Source: Promethearchaeota archaeon
GTDB taxonomy: Archaea; Asgardarchaeota; Hermodarchaeia; Hermodarchaeales; Hermodarchaeaceae
Reading direction: 5' to 3'
Length of the DNA: 32,000 nt
Assembly (NCBI GenBank): GCA_048938295.1
Contig: JBHLMI010000003.1
Span: 60,001-92,000, forward strand
The notes beneath the pieces were generated by a model. It had not been told where the DNA came from. It was given only the letters and a program-made list of their open reading frames with translations, and did not search any database. Below are positions 23,694 to 32,000 of this stretch, one piece after another. The number at the start of each line of letters is the position of its first letter. The first letter of the stretch is position 1. The translations under genes were made by a program, and so were the position numbers.

Positions 23694-26591
23694 ATGAAAA
23701 ATCTAAAAATTCTGAGTGTAGTGTTACTAGCGGTTCTTTGTATTCCCTTTTTATCTATAAATCCCACACCCGCATCTCAGTCTCATTTTGTTATTGAGAC
23801 GGGTATGAGCAAAAGTGCTAATCCAGTGATTCCATCGCCCGAACCTCCACACCGTATTCTACCTATCCGATTACTGGTATATACTGAATTTGTGGATGCG
23901 TCTCCGGGTGGAGAATTTGAGAATGTAATGACCTCCATCAATATCACATATGGTACCGATTATTATTGGACCAACCTCTCATCCTATACGAATCTTGCCA
24001 GCGAACTTCCGAATCATGATGTCCTCATCATTCCTGAACAGGAAGCCGCTTATAAAGCGAATATGACGGTGGTTGGACAAGCCTGGGATCCCATTTTATC
24101 CAATTGGGTTCAAGCAGGAGGAATTGTCATCCTAATGGCTTACTGGGAGATGGAAATTGGTGAACAAGGCATCACCGCCCATATCTATAACGAAACTGGG
24201 CTCATTACGTATTCAAGTGCTATTCCAGTGACATTATCACCGATTTTTCTGGTGAATACTTCTGATGCACTTGCGCGAGGAGTTTCCGGGTCTTGGGCAG
24301 CTCCGGATGGGACAGTTGCTTTTGCTACTTCAGAAGGAACCGTCGTTGTTGATGATGGTGCCTTTCCAGTGGTGATTCACAAGGTTCTAGGAACTGGACA
24401 TGTCATCCTATTAGGTGCTGATTTCTATCTTACAGAGCCCAATATGCAAGCATTACTGGCTAATTCCATTCGGCTCCATCGGCATATAATCTTTGACAAT
24501 TCCCACAGTCAATATGAGAACATTTTTGGTGCATACAGCACCTTCGCTGATGATTTAGTGGCTCAAAATTTCGCAGTTTCGACCTGTAACAACTTTGATC
24601 CGATTTATATCGCCGCATCTGATGTGTTCATCGTTCCCTATTGTGCAACCTCATTTACTGCTTCAGAAAAGACCTACCTTGAAGACTATGTGATGCAGGG
24701 AGGCGGAACCTTTCTCCTAGGTGATTGGGGAAGTTGGGGAAATGAAATTAACGAGCTAACCAACCTTTTTGGATATAATCTTGATACTAGCGGTACAAGG
24801 CTAATAGACACAAATGATAATGAACCTCCAATAAATGATGTCAGCCAACCTTTCTATTCAGGGTCAAACATTCATAACCACTCTCTAACATTAGGTGTTT
24901 CAACCGTTCAGATGTTCTATGGAACCGGAATTACAACCATGCCTACTCACGCATTCAGTGCGATTACAGCGGATCTTGATGGAACAGCTTACTGGTTAAA
25001 TGCTACTCCCGCAGACGGAGTGACATGCTATGCTGCTTCAACCCATGGATTAGGACGAATTGTGGTCTCAGGTGATTGCAATTTCATAGAAGATGATAGC
25101 GACTACGATTCTGATGGTACTTTTGACTATTTTGAACACGACCATGACACCCTTTTAGTTAATACCATTCGTTGGCTATCAGCTGCAGGCATAAAAGAAC
25201 GAACTGTCCTCTTCGATGACTCTCACAGCCCCTATTGGAGCTTCAGTAATTACGTAGATTTCACAGATTATCTGACCTCTAATGGGTATACTGTTCATTG
25301 GATGTCAACGTTCTACTCGAACCTCGTGACTGCCGCCGACATTCTAGTGATTAGTGGAGCCTCTGTTCCCTATTCACCAGCTGAAAATGTCACAATACGG
25401 AACTTCGTATCTAACGGCGGTGGATTAGTATTATTAGCAGATTGGACCTTCTTCGGAGATAATCTCCTTCCGGTCGCTAATGAATTTGGGATGAGCCATA
25501 ACAACACTCATGCATATCTTTCGGATTCCGACGATGGATCAGGTGGTGGAAATTCGGCTATCACCTATGAGGGAAGTAATATAGGTGTACACCCCATTAC
25601 CACTGGTGTTCACGAGATTTATGTGGACCGAGGAACTGGCTTGATTAATCTCGGAGGTGGCACTGCCTTAGTGATAACGGATAATGATGGCACCTCCCAA
25701 TGGTACGATGATAGCTCATTGTACTGGCCGGCACCTTCTGTTCCAGTCTTTGCAGCAAACACCTTTGGTTTGGGTCGAATTGTCTATCTCACAGATATCA
25801 ACTTCTTTGACAATGCAGTCTTCGATCGCGAGGATAACAATCTCTTCTTAGTGAATGCGTTCCAATGGCTTGCTGTGAATCGCGCACCGACCGTCACGAT
25901 AACTTCACCTAATGGTGGTGAAGTAATTGAAGGGGCCATAAACAGCATAACTTGGACAGCCCAGGATCCCAACAAGGATTCCATGACGTATGACATCCTC
26001 TACAGCATCAATGGTGGCGCCTCTTGGACGCCCATCGCAACCGGCCACACAACAACAAGTATCAACTGGGATGCTAGTAGCGTTCCCGAAAGCATGGATG
26101 CACTGATTCGCGTGGTGGCCCACGACTACGAACTCTCAGGTCAGGATGACTCGGATGCTATCTTCACCGTTGAGAGTGAAGGCCCTCAAATCAGTAATAT
26201 CCAAACAACCCCAGCAATACCATTGGCGAGCATTCCTGTTATTGTTTCAGCCGATATTATTGACGCAAGTGGCGTCGCTTCGGCAGTCTGCCAAGTGAGT
26301 ATCAATAGCGGTTCGACCTGGACCGACTTCACTATGACCGTTAGCTCAGGTTCCACCTATGAAGCAGATATCGGAGCTTATACTGCTGGAACAACAGTTG
26401 ATTATCGCATCGTGGCCACTGATTCGTCTACTGCCTCGCGCATACGGACATCGCCAATTTCTAGCTTCTACATCCCAGCATTACCACCAGTTATTCCTGG
26501 CTTTCCGATCGAAGCCATTATCTTAGCGCTTGCAGCCGGTTTGGGCTTCATTCTCCTCGTTCGTCGGCGTCGCCACACGGTGTCCTCCTAA
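23694..26591 (+). CDS. Cell-surface glycoprotein: signal peptide, class-I-GATase-like domain, two DUF4350/GIFT-like domains, Ig-like domains, IPGFP-TM-RRRR sorting tail
   Basis: Signal peptide MKNLKILSVVLLAVLCIPFL. Tandem domains start IIFDNSH (aa 265) and VLFDDSH (aa 505), each with GRIV and ending N...WL. ITSPNGGE beta-sandwich. C-terminus IPGFPIEAIILALAAGLGFILLVRRRR. Many N-x-S/T sequons. Confidence 0.88.
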   Translation: MKNLKILSVVLLAVLCIPFLSINPTPASQSHFVIETGMSKSANPVIPSPEPPHRILPIRLLVYTEFVDASPGGEFENVMTSINITYGTDYYWTNLSSYTNLASELPNHDVLIIPEQEAAYKANMTVVGQAWDPILSNWVQAGGIVILMAYWEMEIGEQGITAHIYNETGLITYSSAIPVTLSPIFLVNTSDALARGVSGSWAAPDGTVAFATSEGTVVVDDGAFPVVIHKVLGTGHVILLGADFYLTEPNMQALLANSIRLHRHIIFDNSHSQYENIFGAYSTFADDLVAQNFAVSTCNNFDPIYIAASDVFIVPYCATSFTASEKTYLEDYVMQGGGTFLLGDWGSWGNEINELTNLFGYNLDTSGTRLIDTNDNEPPINDVSQPFYSGSNIHNHSLTLGVSTVQMFYGTGITTMPTHAFSAITADLDGTAYWLNATPADGVTCYAASTHGLGRIVVSGDCNFIEDDSDYDSDGTFDYFEHDHDTLLVNTIRWLSAAGIKERTVLFDDSHSPYWSFSNYVDFTDYLTSNGYTVHWMSTFYSNLVTAADILVISGASVPYSPAENVTIRNFVSNGGGLVLLADWTFFGDNLLPVANEFGMSHNNTHAYLSDSDDGSGGGNSAITYEGSNIGVHPITTGVHEIYVDRGTGLINLGGGTALVITDNDGTSQWYDDSSLYWPAPSVPVFAANTFGLGRIVYLTDINFFDNAVFDREDNNLFLVNAFQWLAVNRAPTVTITSPNGGEVIEGAINSITWTAQDPNKDSMTYDILYSINGGASWTPIATGHTTTSINWDASSVPESMDALIRVVAHDYELSGQDDSDAIFTVESEGPQISNIQTTPAIPLASIPVIVSADIIDASGVASAVCQVSINSGSTWTDFTMTVSSGSTYEADIGAYTAGTTVDYRIVATDSSTASRIRTSPISSFYIPALPPVIPGFPIEAIILALAAGLGFILLVRRRRHTVSS

Positions 26592-26614
26592 GAGGACACC
26601 CCCACACCTTTTTT
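26579..26614 (+). terminator. Hairpin with stop codon in its loop + 8-nt spacer + T6
   Basis: Perfect 9-bp stem GGTGTCCTC/GAGGACACC, loop CTAA (TAA is the stop codon), spacer CCCACACC, then T6 at 26609-26614. Confidence 0.7.
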
Positions 26615-26688
26615 GTTTAGATTGAAATTCTAACTAATTAACTATTAAGAACTCCACTTTGGAAAAGAAATTATCAAAAGCGGGACGT

Positions 26689-26724
26689 AAAAAAAAGAGA
26701 GGAGGTGGAGGAAGGTTCCTCCAC
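26689..26724 (-). terminator. Hairpin + 8-nt spacer + T8
   Basis: Minus strand: GTGGAGGA-ACCT-TCCTCCAC (perfect 8 bp), spacer CTCCTCTC, then T8. The stem begins 8 nt after the 26733 stop. Confidence 0.7.
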
Positions 26725-26732
26725 ATTGGTTT

Positions 26733-29348
26733 CTATTTGTTTGAACTCCGTCGTCGCATGAGTAAGTAGATGACAATGACTACAATGATGATGACGATGA
26801 CCAAGGCCACAATCCACCACCACCATGGAAGACCTGGAATCGGTGGAGGCGTGAAAGGTAAGGGAATAGCTTGAATGTCTGCACTAACTTGTGCAGCGGA
26901 GTAAGTCGTTCCCGGGAGGCCATAGTAGTCGGCATCAAAGAGGAGAGTGAAGTTACCCGCTCCACCGACGAGAATGCTCCAGACGATGTTCTGGCTTCCA
27001 CCTGGTGCAACAAAGAACGGAAGCGTTGCAGGGGTTGAAAGAGTTCCGAGACCAGGAGGAACCGTCACCGTAATTTCGCCCTCAACAGCACCTGTGAGTC
27101 CAAGGTTTTCAATGAGACATTCGAAGTTAATAGCAAAGCCAGTAGTAGCAGTCACTGGTACGTTAGGAATAAGGACACACCGTGGGGCCATCATGTAGGC
27201 GATTTCATTGATCCAAAGCTCAAAGCGATCCTCATAAGTGGAATCGTCTTCATCTAATCCAAAGTTATCAATGAGATAGCCATTAAGTAAGGTCTTATGG
27301 TCATTGCGTTCGATAATGAATGCTCCGGCGGCAATAGTCGTGGTTTGGTTGCCAGCTAACGCTGTCGCATTAGAATATACTGTGAATTTCGCCCCATCAG
27401 TGGAATAGCTAAAGGTTGTATTGAAGTTTGAGATTGTGAACAGATGAGGAATCGTAAAAACATCGTGCGTTGGATCCCAAACGAAGACCTGAGGATCACC
27501 AGAAACGTAGCTTTCAAATGCAACGCCAAGCCGATCCCATAAACGATGGGCAGAATCAGTCCCAGCAGTCCAAGTTGAGAGGATGAGTGAGCCACCAGCA
27601 TCTAAATAATTCACAAGATCGTCATAATAGGTGTCGAGCCCACCATAATTGGCGTTATCGACGATGACAAAGTCCCAAGAGTACAGGTTGAGTGAATGGT
27701 TGAAGTACTCGAACCGGGGTGAATCGTAGGGTCCTGTCAAGTAAAACTTGATGCCCAGATCATTGAGGGCTCGTGCGACAGGAGTTCGATAGTAGTTGAT
27801 ACTGAAAACTTCATCGGTATAAATCAGTACCCGTGCCAGTGATGAGCTGAGCCAGTTGGCCATGTTAAGAATTGATTGTCTGTTATTGGCTGAACTAAAG
27901 GGAACGCCGTCTTGGATCCAGTTCATGTCCGCGACTAGTACTGCACGACCGCTTCCGTAAGTACTTGTGGCTACGACAATATTGGGTCCATCATACCACA
28001 CGCCGGTAGCTGAACCACTGACATTCACTGCTCCATAGTAATCGAGGTAGAAACTAGAACAGCCCTCAGTAATTGGGTGCATGGTAAATGTGCTTGTGGT
28101 TAAAGTTGTGGCTCCCTGGAATGTATCGTTTATGGTTAGCCCAAAGGGACTAAGAAGCATGCTAGTTTGATGATTTTGTGGAGTAAACCAGATGGGATCA
28201 GGATAATCGCCAAAAGCTAGAACTGATCCGCCGTTGTTAGCCCAGTTTTGAAATGCCGTTCGATCTCCCGCAGTATAGTTGTAATCCGGTACATTGACGA
28301 CCAACATATCATAGGGATTAAGCCGTGCCAAGGTGAAATTGTCACCGCTGGCAGCAGGATAGAGTTTGTCGACTAAGAATCCGTGGGAAACCCATTCATT
28401 GCGCATCTCCGTATATGAGCCAGGATACATTGAATAGGGAGAATCCCAGGGATCGATAGACCGTCGGGGAAGATGAGACAAGTCATAGACGATTCGTCCC
28501 TTGGACCGGGGACAAAGCCATTGAACCGCATCGCTGATCATTTGATGAATACCTGGAAGCGGTTCTGTACTTCCATCCCACCAGAAGTGGACTACACGGC
28601 CACCTTCAACTGATGGATCATAAGCGAGAACGGTAACTTCGTCTTCATTTAGTCCATCATGTGCAACTCTGGTAAAATCGGAACCATACACAGAGGCCAC
28701 AAGAGCGGTCCAATCCCATTCTGCATAGCCATACGGTGAAAGTGTGTAAGTGTCCCCGACTGCGTAGTTCTTTGAAACAGGGTGTCGAGTCGTAACATTG
28801 GCACTATTACCACCGTAGGTCCAATATCCAGGATTACCATTGGTCCCTGTGGTTGCTGGGGTCATAATGCCCATGTAACAAGAGTAAACGGCGAAGCTGT
28901 CAAAGCCGAGGAGGGCCCCACCTCCAAGCCAGTATTCATAGATTTGGTTGGTGATATTCTCACGTGGTAGAGTATCGGGGATTACAAACACATCATAGTG
29001 TGCGGTCAACAGTTGATGATTGTAGATATCGTTCGTACTGAGCATTGTTGTTTGGTATCCAGCAGCTTGAAGGATGGATGCAATCTGACTGGATGAATTA
29101 GTATTAATTGAACCAAGGCCTCCTTCATAGGAAGGAGAGGTAGTGTTGGGTTCATTGTATATCGCAACACGAATCGCATCCGGTGGTATCGTCACCGCCA
29201 AGGGTTCGGTAAAAAAGCTCGGACCTATAGCTGGTTCGAAAGAATCCTCAGCAGGAGTCGATGTTGGAATGTAGATTACAGGTACGATGAACATTGGAAA
29301 AAGTAGAGATACCAGTAACAGTACTGAAATGAGCCTAGAATTTCTCAT
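26733..29348 (-). CDS. Cell-surface glycoprotein with GATase-like/DUF4350-like domains, Ig-like stalk and IPGLPWWWW-TM-RRR tail
   Basis: ATG at 29348 follows GGGAG. Signal peptide MRNSRLISVLLLVSLLFPMF. Domains RVAIYNE, IVYDLSH...GRAVLVADMNW...NMANWL, RVLIYTD. C-terminus PPPIPGLPWWWWIVALVIVIIIVVIVIYLLMRRR. Confidence 0.88.
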   Translation of the reverse strand: MRNSRLISVLLLVSLLFPMFIVPVIYIPTSTPAEDSFEPAIGPSFFTEPLAVTIPPDAIRVAIYNEPNTTSPSYEGGLGSINTNSSSQIASILQAAGYQTTMLSTNDIYNHQLLTAHYDVFVIPDTLPRENITNQIYEYWLGGGALLGFDSFAVYSCYMGIMTPATTGTNGNPGYWTYGGNSANVTTRHPVSKNYAVGDTYTLSPYGYAEWDWTALVASVYGSDFTRVAHDGLNEDEVTVLAYDPSVEGGRVVHFWWDGSTEPLPGIHQMISDAVQWLCPRSKGRIVYDLSHLPRRSIDPWDSPYSMYPGSYTEMRNEWVSHGFLVDKLYPAASGDNFTLARLNPYDMLVVNVPDYNYTAGDRTAFQNWANNGGSVLAFGDYPDPIWFTPQNHQTSMLLSPFGLTINDTFQGATTLTTSTFTMHPITEGCSSFYLDYYGAVNVSGSATGVWYDGPNIVVATSTYGSGRAVLVADMNWIQDGVPFSSANNRQSILNMANWLSSSLARVLIYTDEVFSINYYRTPVARALNDLGIKFYLTGPYDSPRFEYFNHSLNLYSWDFVIVDNANYGGLDTYYDDLVNYLDAGGSLILSTWTAGTDSAHRLWDRLGVAFESYVSGDPQVFVWDPTHDVFTIPHLFTISNFNTTFSYSTDGAKFTVYSNATALAGNQTTTIAAGAFIIERNDHKTLLNGYLIDNFGLDEDDSTYEDRFELWINEIAYMMAPRCVLIPNVPVTATTGFAINFECLIENLGLTGAVEGEITVTVPPGLGTLSTPATLPFFVAPGGSQNIVWSILVGGAGNFTLLFDADYYGLPGTTYSAAQVSADIQAIPLPFTPPPIPGLPWWWWIVALVIVIIIVVIVIYLLMRRRSSNK

Positions 29349-29463
29349 AACAGAATACTCCCAAAATTTTGGGTTATAGAGCAATTAGGATTCTAGGCTA
29401 TAAACGCACCGTTCAGCTTCTACATTCATTCTATAAATTGAACTTACAGGCACTCGAACGGCT

Positions 29464-29500
29464 AAAAAAAGGGAGGAAGGGAAGCGGTGTTACCGCTTCC
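29464..29500 (-). terminator. Hairpin overlapping the last codons and stop + 9-nt spacer + T7
   Basis: Minus strand: GGAAGCGGT-AAC-ACCGCTTCC (perfect 9 bp, spans ...RKR-TAA), spacer CTTCCTCCC, then T7. Confidence 0.7.
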
Positions 29501-32000
29501 TGCGTCGATAAAGTATTCCAACTGAGAGAGCAACCATGGCTCCAAGAGCTATAGCTTCGATGGGGAAGCCCGGAATTGGCGGTGGTGGAGGTGGTAAGCC
29601 ACCAGTTATGGTGATATCTTCCACGTTACTCCACGGTCCCCGTGCACCATCATCGTCAATGGCACGTACACGGAAGTAAAAGTCACCCGATGTTGGGGCA
29701 GATACATTGTATTCGGTTTGTGTCGTGGGATAGGTTGCCAGGACTACGGTGAAGCCAGCAGTATTGGAACTCTGAAGTTCATAGCTGTCCACGGTTCCAT
29801 CAGGGTCAGTGCTAGCTGACCATGAGATAGTAATTGTTCCTGCAGGAGCAGTTGTACCAGGATCAGTGAGGACAGGAGCAGTAGGAGGCTGGGTATGCAC
29901 ATAGCTGATGGTAATGTTGAAGAGGCGAGCACTGACATCATGCCGACCAGTTCCAAGGATTGCCCTAAAGCGGAGGTCGGAGCCTTGATGATTGAAGGGG
30001 TGAGGAACTCCGAGTGTGACGGCTTCCCAGTCAGTTCCTCCATTGGCTGAAAGTTCCCAACCAATCGTAGTATCTGTGGGGAGCATGGCCGTCATAGTGA
30101 CTGTTGCTTCCACGATGACTTCAGTGGTCGAGTCCACTGCCAATGATTGGGCGACCGAACCGCCGGTGTTGTAGGAACTTGCGATACTCTCAAAGAATTG
30201 GTAGATTTCGAGAGAACCCCGGCTAGCCACATAGACATAATCTCCGTGCGTAATGAGCTGCGTGGCATGGGAGCCTGCTAAGGCTGTGCGGATGACTGGT
30301 GTATTGTAAATGTTAGTAGCATCGAAGAGGCTGATACCAGCGGTGTTGTTAGCGATGAACATGTAAGGCCCGAAACCCCACGTTCCAAGAGCAATATCGG
30401 TGCTAGGGTTGGCAACTGACCATGTGATACTATACGGATCTGTCATGTTGTAAACAACGGCGAAGCCAACATCTGTGACGTATGCAATATCTCCATCAAC
30501 GTAGATGCTGGTATGGTTTTGTGTCATGGAGAGTATATCGGTTGGTACGATGTTGGATAGGTCTGTGAGATCGAAGACAGCGATATTCGAATCAGATGAA
30601 GGGGTATTGGAAACGGCGTATAGATGATGCCCCTGGACCCATACTGATGTCACATTGGGTACTGTGCCTAAATCGTAATAGCTAAGGAGAGTGGGACCAG
30701 CAAACGGATTGGACGCATTTAACAGATATACCCCATAGGTACCATCTGCGACGAATATGACATCGCCGGCGACGGCAACATCATATGGATAGCTCAGTGT
30801 ATAGGTACTCAGGTATTGGAGATTCGATGGATCAGAGATGTCATAGACGCGAACACCTCCAAAGGGGGCGTCGCATACAAAAGCCAAGTGGCCTTGGATA
30901 TCTAGGCGGCGATAGAACCGTCCAGGTGCAGTGGTATGATTATCGAGGTAGACTGGATGGGCGGGATCACTAATATCAACGGAGAGAAGCCCACTTTCGC
31001 CAGCGGCGATGAACGCCACGTTGCCTTGGATTCTGATATCGTTGTAATCATATCCGCCAGCAATGCTGCCAATGTGAGCGAGGCTAGGTGTGAGGTTCCC
31101 CACCCGATATGTAAGTACACCAGTGTCTGCTCCAACGACGAGAACACCCGCATACAAATCGAGATCCCAGACCATGGGAATACCTATCGTAGCGATGTGA
31201 GTGGGATGAGCGGGACTGGTTACGTCGATAATTTGGACACCACCAGTTTCGTCTGCGACGAAGAGCGTGTTGCCATGAAGCGCTAAACGGCGTGCATTTC
31301 CGGGAGTATCAATACTTCCAATGATACTGATATCAAAAGGATTTGTAACATCGACAACTTGGACACCGCTAGGACCATCAGCCACATAGGCGATTGGACC
31401 ATCGATGAGAACATCTGTTGCGTTTCCGGGCGTATCAACGAAATCAGGTTCGTAGACAACATAGGGATTTGATACGTTGCAAAGATAGAGCCCGTACTCG
31501 CTTTCGGCAAGATAAGCGATCTGTCCATCAATAGCAATTCCACGAGTCGTTACTGAATTCCAAACTGATGGCAATAGGACAGGATTCAGTGGATCTTCAA
31601 AGTCAATAATGCGAAAGGCATGAGTGGAGCCAGATCCAACTGCCGTGGCAAAGACGAAATGGCCTTGCACTTCAATATCGGTGGTCATCCCATCGAGAAA
31701 AACTGTTCCAAGGAAAGTCGGGCCTAAAGCATAATGATAGGGATTAGAGACATTGTACCGTGCAACTCCACCTGAATATCGTCCGGCGTAGAAGATGTCA
31801 CCGTCAATTCTGGCACAAATCAGATCACTCAAGGAAGTTCGTGATGACATAACCTCAAGATTCGTTGGATCTGTAATATTGAGGATCCTGTTGCTGTTTG
31901 CCAAGGCTCCATAGTGTACATAGTAGACCTTACGGCCTTGGACATCCACTCCCATCACTGGATAAGTGGTCGTGAAGTTATCGAGCAGTGTAATTGTATA
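29490..32000 (-). CDS. LVIVD-repeat beta-propeller surface protein with fibronectin type III domain and IPGFP-TM-RRRKR sorting tail (5'-truncated by window edge)
   Basis: Many repeats of the type AYVADG.SGVQVVDVTNP / LFVADE.GGVQIIDVTSP. Fn3 motifs ITISWSAS...YELQ...YFRVRAID...GPWS. C-terminus PPPPIPGFPIEAIALGAMVALSVGILYRRRKR. The frame is open from 32000 (YTITLLDNFTTTYPV...), so the true start is outside the window. Confidence 0.9.
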   Translation of the reverse strand, partial: YTITLLDNFTTTYPVMGVDVQGRKVYYVHYGALANSNRILNITDPTNLEVMSSRTSLSDLICARIDGDIFYAGRYSGGVARYNVSNPYHYALGPTFLGTVFLDGMTTDIEVQGHFVFATAVGSGSTHAFRIIDFEDPLNPVLLPSVWNSVTTRGIAIDGQIAYLAESEYGLYLCNVSNPYVVYEPDFVDTPGNATDVLIDGPIAYVADGPSGVQVVDVTNPFDISIIGSIDTPGNARRLALHGNTLFVADETGGVQIIDVTSPAHPTHIATIGIPMVWDLDLYAGVLVVGADTGVLTYRVGNLTPSLAHIGSIAGGYDYNDIRIQGNVAFIAAGESGLLSVDISDPAHPVYLDNHTTAPGRFYRRLDIQGHLAFVCDAPFGGVRVYDISDPSNLQYLSTYTLSYPYDVAVAGDVIFVADGTYGVYLLNASNPFAGPTLLSYYDLGTVPNVTSVWVQGHHLYAVSNTPSSDSNIAVFDLTDLSNIVPTDILSMTQNHTSIYVDGDIAYVTDVGFAVVYNMTDPYSITWSVANPSTDIALGTWGFGPYMFIANNTAGISLFDATNIYNTPVIRTALAGSHATQLITHGDYVYVASRGSLEIYQFFESIASSYNTGGSVAQSLAVDSTTEVIVEATVTMTAMLPTDTTIGWELSANGGTDWEAVTLGVPHPFNHQGSDLRFRAILGTGRHDVSARLFNITISYVHTQPPTAPVLTDPGTTAPAGTITISWSASTDPDGTVDSYELQSSNTAGFTVVLATYPTTQTEYNVSAPTSGDFYFRVRAIDDDGARGPWSNVEDITITGGLPPPPPPIPGFPIEAIALGAMVALSVGILYRRRKR

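Noticed and set aside
1-32000. CRISPR array, rRNA/tRNA genes, transposase, integrase or phage genes
   Set aside because: No regularly spaced direct repeats, RNA-gene signatures or mobile-element motifs were found by eye. The only repeats are protein-level (51-aa solenoid, LVIVD, GIFT-like domains).

Overview
Archaeal chromosomal window. Evidence for this is TATA boxes, a pyrB-pyrI pair, MptA/MptE/beta-RFAP synthase and an archaeosortase-like gene. An Asgard lineage is inferred from protein style (appended zinc ribbon, IPGF-type C-terminal sorting tails) but is not proven. Four blocks are present. (1) 1-11136 is a pyrimidine cluster: pyrG (runs off the left edge, absent from the ORF track), pyrD-pyrC-pyrK, and convergent pyrB-pyrI plus a fused pyrF-pyrE. 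It is interleaved with a PadR/HAAS membrane-sensor pair, a GNAT and an exosortase/archaeosortase-family gene. (2) 11221-15040 is an uncharacterised three-gene operon: Cys/His domain-wHTH protein, MinD/ParA ATPase, and an 831-aa solenoid with exact 51-aa repeats. (3) 15268-23532 is a methanopterin/modified-folate biosynthesis cluster (ATP-grasp, DUF1464, beta-RFAP synthase, DUF447, MptA, MptE, DHPS-like). (4) 23694-32000 holds three large surface proteins, all ending in IPG(F/L)P-TM-basic tails, which are plausible substrates of the sortase. The most notable signals are the sortase/IPGFP-CTERM system, the wHTH-MinD-51-aa-repeat operon, the inverted ODCase-OPRTase fusion, and a recurring 3'-end architecture (hairpin, 8-9 nt C-rich spacer, T6-8) seen four times. 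All family assignments come from motif recognition by eye; no searches were run.
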